Below are positions 14,063 through 27,500 of a stretch of 64,000 nucleotides of DNA, piece by piece (position 1 is the stretch's first letter; the number at the start of each line of letters is the position of its first letter). The DNA is from Ptychomitrium polyphyllum (taxonomy: Eukaryota). The DNA lies in NCBI GenBank assembly GCA_973851085.1, contig OZ316775.1, positions 16,306,001-16,370,000 on the forward strand, in the 5' to 3' direction. The translations under genes were made by a program, and so were the position numbers. The notes beneath the pieces were generated by a model that searched no databases, was not told where the DNA came from, and was given only the letters and a program-made list of their open reading frames with translations.

Positions 14063-15792
14063 ATGATTTTGGTCTTTGTTTGAGTTAGGACCAAACAGAT
14101 TCGCATGCATTTAACAATTAACTTACTTTTGGAATAACTTACAATCTAAAGAAGCTGTCAAAAGCATAAATTGATAAAGCATAGCAGCCATAGAAGAACT
14201 ATATTTTCTAATTGGCTTTAGTGTGTTATTGAAATGGCATCTTTAAATTTGGTGTATACACAAAATTATGCAATTATGTTATTGGTAAAAAATATATTAA
14301 GTTAACTATACATATTAACAACAAATGTACTGCACATTGGACATCACCAAACATGTTTATTGGAACAGAAGTCAGATGTACAGAGCGACTCAACAGTGCA
14401 ATCTGAGAGTGATTATACTGAACGAATGCCATTGGCCCGTCGCCAGAGAATCAGGTGTCCAGATACGGCGAAAAGTTGCACGAGGTCGTCAAAGTGCTTG
14501 CTCGGCATATGTGAACCGAGGTTTGCTTCTTCTTTTGAAGGTGAATCTCAACAAAAGCTATTGGCCCAAGCGCGGACGAAGAATAAACGGCCCGCGCTGA
14601 CCACCAGCTGGAATATCTTCGAAGTTGGGAGTTCTTCCACAAGGATGCCCCAAGGATCTTTAGCAGCATCATACGCCCATAAACTGTGCTTCAAGTTGGA
14701 GGAATCCTAGAAAGGAACCATTGTTGTTTGTCGCAATTGTGCGAACGACCTCCGACGTAATCTTAATGGGGCTCATTGTAAGTCTTGAATGAGTAGCTGG
14801 ATGAAGCAGGTTCGATGGGAATTCGTGGGTGTTCGTGGTGAGGTGCTGTAGCTGAACTTGAAATCCAACTTGCTCCAGCTCGTACTTCTCTGACACGACT
14901 CGGACATCGACCTGAGTCATTGCATCACGTGGCATACGACTTGAGTAACGGACGACTCAGTAACACAAGACTCGCATAAACTTTTTCGTCCCTGTAGCAT
15001 CATCTGTACGTAACGAATCAGCCAAGTTCCATCGAAGGTTGCGAAATTTGCTCTCTGTGGTCTCTTTCCGATATCTTGCTTAAGCAAATCTTATGAAAGG
15101 GTCTACACTAAACCTCCCCGTACCACAGCGGGAAGTACAAACAGTTACAGTAGCTGTGCTTTCTACATACCATCTGAGGGAATTTTCAATACATGTCTCA
15201 GAATGGACAAAAGCCACCATCGTTTTATATAGACAATTCGCAATGTTACTAACAACAACCACATTCAGAGGAACGCATCTTGCGAAATGCTTTTCACCAA
15301 CATTAGTTTTCTGATAAAGATAGGCTTTGCTGTTGAGGTGATTGCATGGGGTCTGCTGACTGGCTGCTAAGCCAGAAGGATCTTGTCCACGTGCATTTGA
15401 CTAGCTTTATTATATAGATTCCAATCTGATGTCTTCACAGAATTTTTTCTCCTATGGAAGCCAGGAAACTCATCATTATGCTTTCATGCTTTCATGCTTT
15501 CAAGTGCAACATGAAAAGTCAAAAAGGCTTTCAAGTTTAAGAGCAGCGTCATGGAGTTGTGTTTAAATATAGAGTATGTTCATGCCCCTCTTTTGTGAGC
15601 CGAATCATGTTTAAACAGGATTCAATATTAATCATCTGAAGGAAACACTGTGAAGCTTTCATTTAATATAGTGTGTATACATCATTTTGGTGAGCCAGTG
15701 GATAAGCATTTTCTATATGTCAAAACATGATGTTATGAAACACAGTGCCCATTGATTACCTTCGTACTCGCTAAACGAGAGAGATATGAGAT

Positions 15793-16742
15793 CTAGAGAT
15801 TAACAGTGGATGGTGGTGCGGTGGTTTGGTGCAGCTGCATGTCCGGCATCATCTTCTCCACCCAAGAGCGAGCAATGGCTACAATGTCAGGACTCGCCGT
15901 GGCAACGGATCCGCAGTTGAAGGGAGGTTGTGGATCGTACTCCATCATCAACTGCACCACTTTGGCAGTAGTTTCGTCTGTTATCAGCGCTGCCAGCTTC
16001 AACCCCATGTCAATCCCTGCTGACACTCCAGCCGCCGTAATTATCTTGCCCTGCAACAACGCATGCATCCACGTCAGTACTCCCTTTCATCAGTGCATGA
16101 CTACAGTGAAAATTATTAGGTTAAGTAAAATATCATTTTGTTACAGCGAGCATTAAATACTTACCGATTGCACAACTCGAGAGCTGACAGGCTTCGCACC
16201 GAAGTTGGCCAGCATCTGTAACGCCATCCAGTGCGTCGTTGCTTCCTGTCCTTGCAGGATGCCTGCAGCGCCCAACAGCAAGGACCCCGAGCACACCGAA
16301 GTTGTGTACAAGCTCGTTTCGTGCGCCTTCAAGCAACCCAACAAGGTAAACCTAGTCAGTTCCGGACTGGATTACGGCCACTGCTAAGCAAAGTATTGAA
16401 ATGAATGGGGCGACACGAAGCAGATGAAGCTTCTTGAAACGGTTTTCATACCTTGCGGATCCAGTCGAGGATGGGCTTGTCAGTCATGAGAGCATTGGTG
16501 CCATCACCTCCAGGGACGACAATGATGTCGGGGCTGGGCACTTCGTCAAAAGTGGCTGTTGCCTGGATGGAGAGCATGCCCAGGTCGGCTGTATACAGGC
16601 CCTTGCTATGGCTCACGAACACCACGTTAACGCTGGGTAGAATGTGAAGCGACTCGTATGGTCCCACGAAGTCCAGCGCTGTCACATTCTTGAAAATGGG
16701 AATGGCCACTTGCAACACGCGTTGGGAACCCGTCACCTCCAT
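15793..16742 (-). CDS. Single-domain DJ-1/PfpI protein, isocyanide (isonitrile) hydratase InhA-like, 3 coding exons
   Basis: Exons 16742-16452, 16326-16165, 16050-15793, all GT-AG and in frame. Motifs TALDFVGPYE, DIIVVPGG, TSVCSGSLLLGAAG, ATTHW, ITAAGVSAGIDMGL, EYDPQPPF. Confidence 0.92.
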
Positions 16743-18830
16743 TTTCCAACAAAGAAAGGTCGGAACCAAGTGTTATAATGAGAATAACAACACCGTTGCA
16801 GACAGCGCACCTGCTTGATGTAAATTAACACGGTCAAGGAGCAGAAATATAAATCCAAGTGCAACTAGCTCACTGGACGAAAAAACCTCGTTTACTGGCA
16901 ATCAAAACCAAGCATTCAACCATCTCACAGCTATTACATTTAAGAAACATTTAGAATCGACGAAACCAACATGGAGCTAGCATCATCAAACTCCGATCTA
17001 CTATCTGATGCACAAACGCAGAATCAAAACGCTGGAGGAAAAGAATGTGAACCTTGGTCAAAGAAGGATGTGTAGGTTCAAAGAGGAATTCCCGAATTCA
17101 CTAACTGATAAGCATCAACTGGCAGGATATAGGATGAACTCCCTACCACTCTGCCAGCATTTTATTCTGGTTCGGAGGGAGGTTGTCTTGGGCGGCAAGC
17201 ATTCTCCACCGAATCATTTTTAGATTCTTGCATTCAGTATCAAAACTTGAGGTCCAAGGCACAGTCCACTAGTGTTGGACATCGATGTTCAGGTATATTG
17301 TGACTAACAGGGATGGACGAGATTAAGATCCAATTCTATCCTCCAAATGAATGGATTGAGGCATCCAAAATCGACGACTCAAAGCTGGATCACGAATGAA
17401 CTGGATACCTTTAGGTACCATTTCCTAACATGTAGAGTTGCATAACTGCCTTACAGTATTTGTTCCCTATTCGAAGGTTTTAATGTGGTATTTTGGTACT
17501 GACTAGTAGTGTGCGAGTGTGGGCATTATTGTCGACCGAGCCCGCTTGTTCAAAAGTGAAACCTTCGCGAATTTGATGTGAAGTTCTCAGTCACAACATC
17601 ACAACTCTACATCGTGAAAGGAAACGACCTGTTTAGAAACTTCAACATTCTCCAACTCTACATGATTATACTGTGATCACCTCCCCAAAATAACAGCAAA
17701 AGTTGCCAAATGACGATCCATATCAAAGAAAGGTGAATTTTACAAATGCTTCCTCCCTATCTTCCTCTAGTGCTCCCTCTCCAAGCTGTACCTCTGCCGA
17801 GCTCCCACAGATTATTCCGGTACCCGCTAGTCTGCCTTCCTTGCACCAGTAATCGGCATCCATGGTGATCGGCATCCAGATTTCAAATTGAAGTTTTTTC
17901 ACCTGTGGCTTTCGTTAGAGCTCATCGGTGCAATTCCTGAATATCTAATTGATGGTCTGTCATTGAGAGGTCTACACGAGATTCTGCAGGTATAATTTGG
18001 AGCAAGCAGATGTATGAACGAGGTTGAGGAGTCCATTTGTGTCCATACATGAAGTCATAGGAGAAACTGATTAGCTTCTTCTGATGGCTGTGGAAAATGT
18101 GATGTGCTTTGCGTCTTGAGTCGCTGGAGTTTCGGAGCTGTTTGTGCATTTCGAACCGTGGACGTGCCTTGATCGTGGTGATTACTTGCTTTAATTGGAG
18201 CCTAAGGGATACATGCGGAAGGAATCTCTAGGTGCGATGTGGCTTTTGTTGCTGGTGTGGTGGTGTAGACGAACAGTTTTGAGTAAGATTTAGAATTATA
18301 ATTTGTATTCAGAGTAGCATCCTTTTTTCGGACGATAGCCAGGTCCTCCGGACAATTTAGAAAACGGTGGGAATAATGAGACAGAGTAGCAGCGTTGGAC
18401 ACATCTGGAATGTATCAGCTCATATGATTTTTCATATTCTGAAATAAAAGATTTGCAAAATCTATACACTTGTAATCATGATTTGCACAGTGTGCATTTC
18501 AGAATTTTCACATTTAGACTATATGCCGGTGGTATTGTCGAAACTGAAAGCATCAAAACTGCCATTAAGTAGTCATCAGTGTATAGGTTCCAAAACAAAC
18601 TGAATATGAGATGCTTGATTCCTCAATTTCAAATTTCAAAGTTCAATTCCTCAATCTTCTAAAACGTTTTAGCGCATTCTGTACAGGTGGGATAAATTAA
18701 CGTGTCTGATAAAGAATAGGGTACCAGACATCGAGATTCTTCCTCAGTATTCTGCAACCCACTCTACGTAGTCATGTCAATTAATATTTGATACAAGAGC
18801 AATGAATTTATGTTTAGACATTGAAGGTGA

Positions 18831-21800
18831 TTACAAGCCCACCCATTTAACCCAATTGAAGAATCTACTTAACTCAAATGGTAGTCCGTAGTCCTTGACA
18901 ACCGCAGGCTCGTTCCGAGCAGTTCTTCCTTTGCTCCAAACATATAGGCCACGCTCCTGTCGGCTACCAGGCACCGTGTTATCCAGCACAAATGCCACTA
19001 GAAATGCAACCACCATGTGAAGGGAGAAGATGGTGTTCAGTGCAAAGTTGGCCTGCCACAAGAAAAGAAACACAAGAACATCAAAAAAAAGTTCTCATTG
19101 CATAACCACATAAAATTGTAGAGAAAATCATTTCAATGAAAATTTCAATGAATAGAAAAGTAATGAAAATCAGGCCATATAAGAGTGTTTAGTGCCTAAC
19201 TAAACTTAGGTCAGAGAATCAGTCACTTAGCTTGCAAGTTTTGCAAGAGATTGTGACCACAATTAGAAGGTATAAGGAAATGCTAATGAGAAGTAGTGGG
19301 AACTTACGGTCTTAGAACTGGTGTGGAAGGGGCCGTGAGCAGCAACATTGTAAGGTTGGAAATAAGTTGGCAGTGTGGAGCTTGAACTGCTATCATACTG
19401 CTGGAAGTAGGATGGTATAGAAAGGGACAAGAACAGAGCTAACCCCACTATTAAAACATTTCGGGAGCTGCCTGTTTCGCTGTATCGGAGATTGGATAAG
19501 CCCATGGCAGCCAACATGGTCCACATGAAGACCAGAAGCGCTGCCACTATGACCTGTGGTATTGATGCTATAAATCCTGAAATTTTCCCTGCACACAACA
19601 ATCTCATATAATGTTTGATGAGAGTGCTAGATGGGGGCATTCATGATTCTCAGGCTGCAAATTGGAAATCCGAGCGTTCGCAAGAGTGATGGGGCTGTCT
19701 CAATGACACAAAGTGCAATATCCACCAGTGTTCATGATACTACTAAAAATTTAGGAGGGATCTTTCTTTGTAAGTGGGAAATGTCTGGCCTAAACATAAG
19801 CAACATAAGCAGAGCCTAACCCTGTAAGACAGAGGTTCTCGAGTATGAGACTTGAAATCTGTTAAGTGAAAGATCATTGATATTTACATGAACTGAAAGG
19901 GCTAAAAACACTTACCAACAACTGACATAAGAATGAGAATGCATGCACCAAATTCCACTGGGCGACGACTCCCCATTTTGGTTACTGCAATTGTATGAAC
20001 ATTCTCTGTCAAGGTTGTAGCGCCTGAACCTGTACCCCAAAAGCCTGCTAATATGCTTGTTAATCCCTCTAACCCTATGCTCCGACTCACCACCCCAGGA
20101 GTAGGTGCTCTTGATGCTACCAGAAGTGATGAAGCGTGATAAGCACCCACCTGCAAAATAATAATAATAATCTTAAAAGTGAAATTAATCCTTCAACACC
20201 TAGATAATACTTTTCAGGAAAAGTAACCAGTCACCTCAGAAGCAGGGTCTGAGTCCCTTTGTGTCCTGCATCTAATGTAGAACAATATTTGGTACTTATG
20301 ATAGCCTAAGAAGGGTGAGGTACCGACTGCTAAATGTAAGAACCTATTAACCCTAGCATTTTCCAAAATATCAGTTTCAAAATTTAAAAATTCAACTATA
20401 GAAAGTGTTAGAGCGCCCCATTTATACTGCAACTGTGGGAAGTTAATACCATAATTGCCATGCATAGTCAATAACAGAGGAGCTCACAATATTGCAGTCA
20501 CCATCACTTCAGTTTGTCCTAGTACAAATATTTAAATTTTCACTACACTGACGAGCACAATTACATAATCTTACATCAAAGAGAGCATATTCAAAATGAT
20601 CAATTTAATTCAAAATATATCAGGAGATTATACTAACCGAGTCGACTGAAGCAATAACGGATGCTACCATCATCACCACCGCTGTTTGCCACTGGAAAGT
20701 TGGAACTCCCCATTGGAATGGATATGGGAAACGGATCCATGCTGAGGTGGATAGGGCGTTGGAGACGTCAGTTCGGCAACTAAGCATGGTTGACATACGC
20801 TTCTGGCACTCTGGAGTGAGTGTCGTGTTGCCTCGTTGACTGAAGCTGCATCCGGAGTAGGTGTATACTTTGGATTCCGTCAGCAGGAAGGCGTATGCCC
20901 ATGTCAATGCTAGGCCCAGCGGAACCTGCGAGATCCGTAGTGCAAAGGTAAGCTGGGAAATTTAGATATGCTCGTCAGATTTGCTCAAGATACAAGTAAC
21001 AGAAACCATGGTTAAACATATTTGAAAATTGAACAGTATAAACTAATAGCTGCACACATCCAGTATGATCTCGTTGCTCAATAGATTTGAATGAAGAGGG
21101 GATACACGAGACATGTCCTAACTCTGACTTAACATTGATTTGGCAGAAATTTCAACATAGCACCTCGTTAACAAGTGAATTCTATATTTCAGCCCAAAAA
21201 GAGCGCACCAAACCTTGCATCTTTACAATTCGTGAATTTCGTTAATATTATCCCAATACTCCCTAGGATGGCTTCAAGAGGCAAATTCAGATTCAAATTT
21301 ATAAATTCAATGTAATCACTTCATTGTTTAACAAAATTTATTTAGAGAATTTGTTAATCTGTTTTTGTCTTTAAATGCTTTCAAGCGTTTGGTGAAATGT
21401 ATAGTTTAAAATTACAGGTGAGATTGGCTCTGGGTGAAAGGACGACTTTAGGATCAGAATAGATAGAATTGGCTTACAGCGTACACTTGGAAGATTCGAT
21501 GGCCGAAAACAGTGATCTTACGAAGATACTGCACACATGGGGACCGACGATAATGGTCACAAAGTAGTTGCATGCCATGAATACAAACCACTTCAATAAG
21601 TTTCCAGTTCTCTTGTAGTAACAAAGCAATAATAGACTTTAAGCGCTGAAAAGGGTGAAACATCATGAGATCATAACGTTCACCAACTCACCAAAGCAAA
21701 GAGCACCAGTAACAGAATCTGGGGGATGCCAATCTCCACGCATCTGCCGACTACTGGAAATCCGTATGCATAGAAAGCGAGCCCTACGGCTGTTATAGTC

Positions 21801-23846
21801 GGTGCTACAACGACTGGGTTGATAGCCCTGCACTTAGGTAAAAGAGAATGAGGTGATTAGATAGCAACCAATAAAATCTCAATCCAAACAGATGAAGTGG
21901 GAATATTTACAATTAATCTGACAGCAGTAATACAGGCCTGGGCCAGGCCTGATAGGAACGACATGCTTGAGAGTGCCCATGAGAAAATCAACTGTAGCTC
22001 ACTAGGCAGAAGATTCGACCTTCTTTATGCAAAATTCATTGTGATGGCATTGACTACTGTCACTGACATTCATGATTTCGAAGCACTGGATGATCGCACA
22101 TATTCCAAATTGTTGGATAGGTAAATGAAAGGGGTTACTGAATAAGTGCTAAAGTAGTCGTAATTCAAAGCCAGGCAATTGATGTTTAGGGTACCTCAGA
22201 AGAAGTGACATAGCTCCACTGTATCCCAAAAACGCTTGGAACGCAGAGCCAATGATCATAGCACCTTGCAGTTCCCTCATTGTTCTCTTGAATCTCTGAA
22301 AACAATTAGCACCCCAGCATTAGAGATACAGAAATCCTTGCACAGGACTTCAAATGGCAAACGGAGTAATCATTTTTCATGAAGATGATTAATAAAAGCA
22401 AGTTTCAGCGCTCACATAATAACATCAAAGAACAAATTGATGAACTCAAATTTTAAAATGCAATTGGGAGGATTGATAGCTTACATTTTCTGTCAGGTTT
22501 GCGAATTCAGGGGAGAAGATGATGGCAAGCGCTGGGGCTAGGTAGACAAAAGACGCTCCCTGAATCAACGGCAACCTAGATCCAAAAGACGTATGCAGAA
22601 GAGTAGACAGCCCCGAGACCATCAACATGCTCGACACAACTTTGGCTGTGTCCTCCTGCCATCAAGGAAAAACTCGCTAAACATCACTCCAAGAAACTCC
22701 TCGCCGAACAATCGAAATTTCAACTCAACCATCTCCAAAATGCCATGTTAGCAGAAGGATTTATCACTTACAGGCGTCCCGTCCATGGCAGGTACTATGA
22801 TGAGCGGAATCAAAATAAGCGACCCGGCAATGGAGAAATAATGCTGAAAAGCGTAGAGCATCAACGGAACTGCATACAAAACCATAACATTAGTACTGAA
22901 ATCTATCCATTAGCAACATAAAATGCACCTGAGGCAAACCGTATCAGCATTGGCATCTGAATTCCTATCAAAAAACAGTGTGAGCCGAGACTGAGCTCTC
23001 TAAACTCCAGATGCTTTACTAGAGAAGATTAATCTGCCGACCCACGATGAGACTGAGATTGTCGAACACGGCAATTGTTGCCAAATTTTGCACTAATTGA
23101 ATACAGTTACCATCATGTTTCGACAACCAATAACGTTTAAGAACTTCGAAAAGAAGGGATCACTAGAATCTGGCTATGGCCGCAAAGATTGCACCTCACA
23201 AGCACGAATCAGAAGCTTCATTCAACGCCAATTTGAGTGCAAGAGCTCCCCGAATGACCATACATTGCAATGCTGAAAGAGAAAGAAAGGTAAACCAACG
23301 GGAATAGTTACCGAGGCCTGGATTCTCCCGGAGCTCGTATTTCATGTGCGAGTGCTTCGACAGCACCATGTGATCATCTTCATCCTCCGAATGCTCCATG
23401 ACGTCGTCCTGGTGCTTGAACAAGCGCAGGGGCTCGATCCGGAGCTGCCCGCTGTTGTTCCGGCTCGTCCTGTCGGACTCCGCCGTCCTCGCCTTCGCGG
23501 GGTTGAACGGGCCCGGGGGGCCGCGAGGGACAGCGTCTTTCGTTGGAAGAGCGCCACTGTTCGGGCCGCCATTCCCTGCCTCGAGGTCGCCTCTCCCCAC
23601 CGGCGGCTGCTCGGCCGGGAGATTGGAAGGCTTCGTGATATGGGTGCCGTCCGACAAGTTGATTTCGATGTCGCTGCCGTTGCTCGTTCCTCGCTCCATC
23701 CCTCGGAAGCCCGTGCGCCGCGCCCAAGAGCCCATGGTCGCGCGCGCGTTGTAGATGTGCTCGCTGGGGCGCTTTCCTAGCGACGGCGACTCAGGATCGG
23801 TTTGGGAGACTCTCGACGGCGGCGACCCGTACATTCCAGCCGACAT
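18831..23846 (-). CDS. NAT12: Nucleobase-ascorbate transporter (NCS2/NAT family, NAT11/NAT12 subgroup), about 11 exons
   Basis: Long hydrophilic N-terminus ending HSHMKYELRENPGL. Later segments FGSRLPLIQGASF, FPYPFQWGVP, NAT signature ENVHTIAVTKMGSRR and LDNTVPGSRQERG, ending WVKWVGL. ATG at 23846 and stop at 18831. Symbol indicates the subgroup only. Confidence 0.93.
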
Positions 23847-24569
23847 CGCCACTCGCACCTCCCTCACTCAAACGCCCACACTTCTAACCCAAAACCAAAT
23901 GTTGCATCGCTAACCCACTTCCCACCCCGGAAATCATCTCAACATCACCCGCTCCAACCGCAAACCGATAGAGCCCGCCGTACATTGGCCGAAGCAGAAA
24001 AACTGCTCCTTGCCCGCGGAAGAGACGATCGAAACGTTCCAACCCAGGCTAATACCACAACGGCACAAGAGTACGACGTCGCCCAGTCTGCCCCCGTCGC
24101 CTGGAATCAACAATCATGAACCTCAGAGCGCCTCATAAACTACATCAACAAGCCACTATCTCTGAGCAAATGCGAGGAGCATCCCCCAGCGTGGCGAAAA
24201 GCCAACCAAACAGCTAATCACTCCTACAGCAATCAAATCCGCGTAAAGAGCTCAAATCTCGTCACGCCTGAATTGCTAGGCTGATGGTCCCCGAGACAGT
24301 GACATGATTGAATGCGATGCGGATCCGGACCCGACGTCTACCTACTAGTACGTTCCCTGTCGCGCTACTGCGCCAGAGCATTTACCCTCGAAATCCGCTT
24401 GTCTAGCCAGAGCGCACATACTAGGCATGCAGCGTGCTCATCGCAAGCTCGCTGTGACCAATTCATGCTCACTGAAAACTGCACGCAGAGAAGAAAGTGA
24501 GTGACACTGTCTAGCTGGACCTCGCAAGCGCGCTGTGGGTGGTGGCGTCGACGTGAGCCGGCCGCAGTG

Positions 24570-27500
24570 CAGTGCGATGGCAGTGCCGCAGCGCCGCGGT
24601 GGCAGTGACGAGCACATGGACATCAGGCTCGCCGCTCAGCGACGTCGACGACTTTAACGCACAACTGTCCTGCGATGTCTACTTGTACCAGTTCCTCCCA
24701 CTTGCTCCAGCGCTACTCCACATCAACAGAAATTCTCATGTTTCCGTTTTCCTCTCTTTCCATACTGTTTGTTACTTCATAACCGTCTTCAGAAGTTGAC
24801 AGACGCCACTCACCCTCATGGAAAGTGGGACCTCACCGATAAATCTTAATGTGGAAAGTGGCTGGTAACGGATGCATGTCTAGTTTGGTGACTTGGTGCA
24901 CTGATCTTGAGAATGTTATTGAAATTATTGCATGGTCGGTCTGTTACTTCCTTGACTGATATTTTAATATTCTCTTTCAAATGTCAGAAATGAAACATTT
25001 CCAAATCCCTTCAGTTTCCTTCACAAAGATGATTTCCATTCAAAGATGGTTTCCAAAAAAACATGTCATTTTTCGTTTCGAGTTCAGACTTAATTAGTGA
25101 CGAGCCTGCCAAGTGACAACGGTAAGTGGCATAGCGTTCTATGGTGGATCTAGCAGAAGGGCAGCTAGCGTGGAGTGGCGACGTGTAAAAGAAGCTGATG
25201 CAGAGAGTGTCAGGAGGGGGATGGGAGTCCAGTTCCCAAGGGTGGGCATGGTGGTGATCATACAGTAGCTCACATCTACCAGAAACAAATTATTCATGGC
25301 ATTGCTTCAATTATTGGGTTGCAGGCTCTGGAGTCTGGGCTCTAGTTTCCACATTCGGGTGAGCTTCGGGTCCAGGCTCGCCACCAATTATGAGACACTT
25401 TCTTCAGCTGTTGTTGTACATTATCTACAGGGAACTGTCGCTGTATGGTATACGGCATTGTGCTACTGGCATTTGAGAGAACCGTCTGTTTGTACATGTA
25501 CCGCAGTTCTGTATAAAGCCACCACCACTTTTTTATCAAGTAATCGTGACTGGTAAGGAGTTGATATCAGAATATTTTGTTCTTTTCTAGCAGTAAAGAA
25601 ACAGTTTAGAGGTCAAGGTATCTAGGGCTCACTTCAGAAATACTCCCCTGGAAGAAGAATTACAGGGGTTGCATGGATCAAGTGTCTGTTCTATTCTTTC
25701 GAATAGAGTGGTCATTTTCAACTGAAACTGTTGTGGTTTAGGTTGGTGCAAATAGGCCTTCGCATTCTATCAGATTTGAGGTTGTAGCCTTCTATGGAGG
25801 CTATGGCTTCCTTTGGGCACTGGAGTTGTTCTCTGTGGAAAGGGGCTCAATAATACATTCAAGATTGCAATGAGTGGACACTTAGTCTTTGTTGTGAAAG
25901 CAAGCCTTCCATGAAAAACATCAGCAACCAAGATTCATTCCCTTTGTTTGATGTGGTGCTATACCATACTTGTCAGTGGAATAAACATCCATTTGATTCC
26001 AAGAAATGAGAGAACTAAAAAATAAAATTGAATATATTTTTGGCCCGGACATTAAAAGATGGGAGTGACTGTTATATTTCTTAAATTATGCCATGACAAA
26101 AAATGTGATGAAAAGAAACTCAAGCTGATGGAGCCACCCACAGAGAGTCTTTGTGCTCACTTTTCTCAGCTCCAGATTTCAAAGTCTATTGAACAAGTAG
26201 AAAACTGGAACGGATTCTAAATTGAAAATTTGAGGAACCTACATGTACAGACTTACTAATATTTCACATTAGGTGTTGCTGATTATTACAAACAGCACAA
26301 ATTGCTCAGTAATCTTCAGAGGTATTCAGATCTCCTTACCTTCCACTATAGTTGATTCATTGCAGTGTCTGAATGCACTGCACAGAAATAATATTAGTTC
26401 TCTGTGTTGTGAAAACTCTATCATTGTTGAATGTTCAAAGAGTTTTTGTTCTCAGTAAAGCACTCTTGACCCAATAAAGTGCATCATCTTTATTGTTGGA
26501 AGGTGTGCTGGAAAGTGTGATTATAACTGTTCAGTTTTAATAGAAAGAACAATTAAATTGTCAAAAGTTTGTGATATTTAAGAGTCCATCCTTTTTGAAA
26601 CCTATACATTTATGCATACAAAATATAAATTAAGTCTGCTTCATATTGCATTCAAGGGGTACTACTAAGGGTACAAAGAAGTGGAGTGTCAATCTTACAA
26701 AGAAATAAAGCATTTTTTTTGGGTAGTGCTATAATGTCTTTTTTTCTACAAGTAAGAAAGTCATTTACAGAGGAAGCTTTGCTTGCAAAGAATATTTGTT
26801 AGAGGTATGCCACATTGGCATTATTTTTATGCACACTATGATATGGCAAATTGAAAAAAAAATATTGTGAAGGTAAAAGAAATAATGTATTATTTTAGCA
26901 ATCAATAACAAATATCCATAAGAATTCTCTCCATTGCTTCTTCTATCCATATAAAATAAGCCTTAAATAAATCACTAAAACATGTTCAACAACATCATTA
27001 GCTTGATAAAAGACAATTGATTTATATATACTCTCATTACAAATGATTCTTTGACAAGATTTTTCTTTAAAATATATGAAAAGTTCTACATTGCCAAAAG
27101 AAATTAAATGATTCATATTCTGATAGTTATGTAATTAAAAATTAGTTTTATTGTTGATGGCCAAGGAAGTTAGATTGCAACCATTAAAAAAAATTAAAAT
27201 GTTAGGATTAATGAGGCAACAATAACCAAAATCTATCTTCAATGACTTTTTATTGAGCAAGTGGGCATTGGAAGGAGGAATGAAGGCAAAATGTTAGATA
27301 CTTGAGGTATTAGAGTATGGGCAATAAAATTGGGCAAGCTAATAATATTTAAGCTTATGTAATGGAAAACTTGTGAGTTTAGAAGGATGTTGAGGTGACT
27401 TTAAAAGGTTAAAAGAAACAATAGGTAAAATAATTATATCTTCTTTAATTGTATTTTATAATTTTAATCAATTATAATTGATTGAGTTTTTTCAGTGGAA

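Noticed and set aside
14325..15080. ORFs of 73-116 aa between the polygalacturonase and DJ-1/PfpI genes
   Set aside because: No motif, no consistent frame or splice pattern; a pseudogene cannot be supported.
23342..24119. Several overlapping 76-144 aa ORFs on both strands
   Set aside because: They are shadow ORFs of the GC-rich first exon and 5' UTR of the NAT gene.
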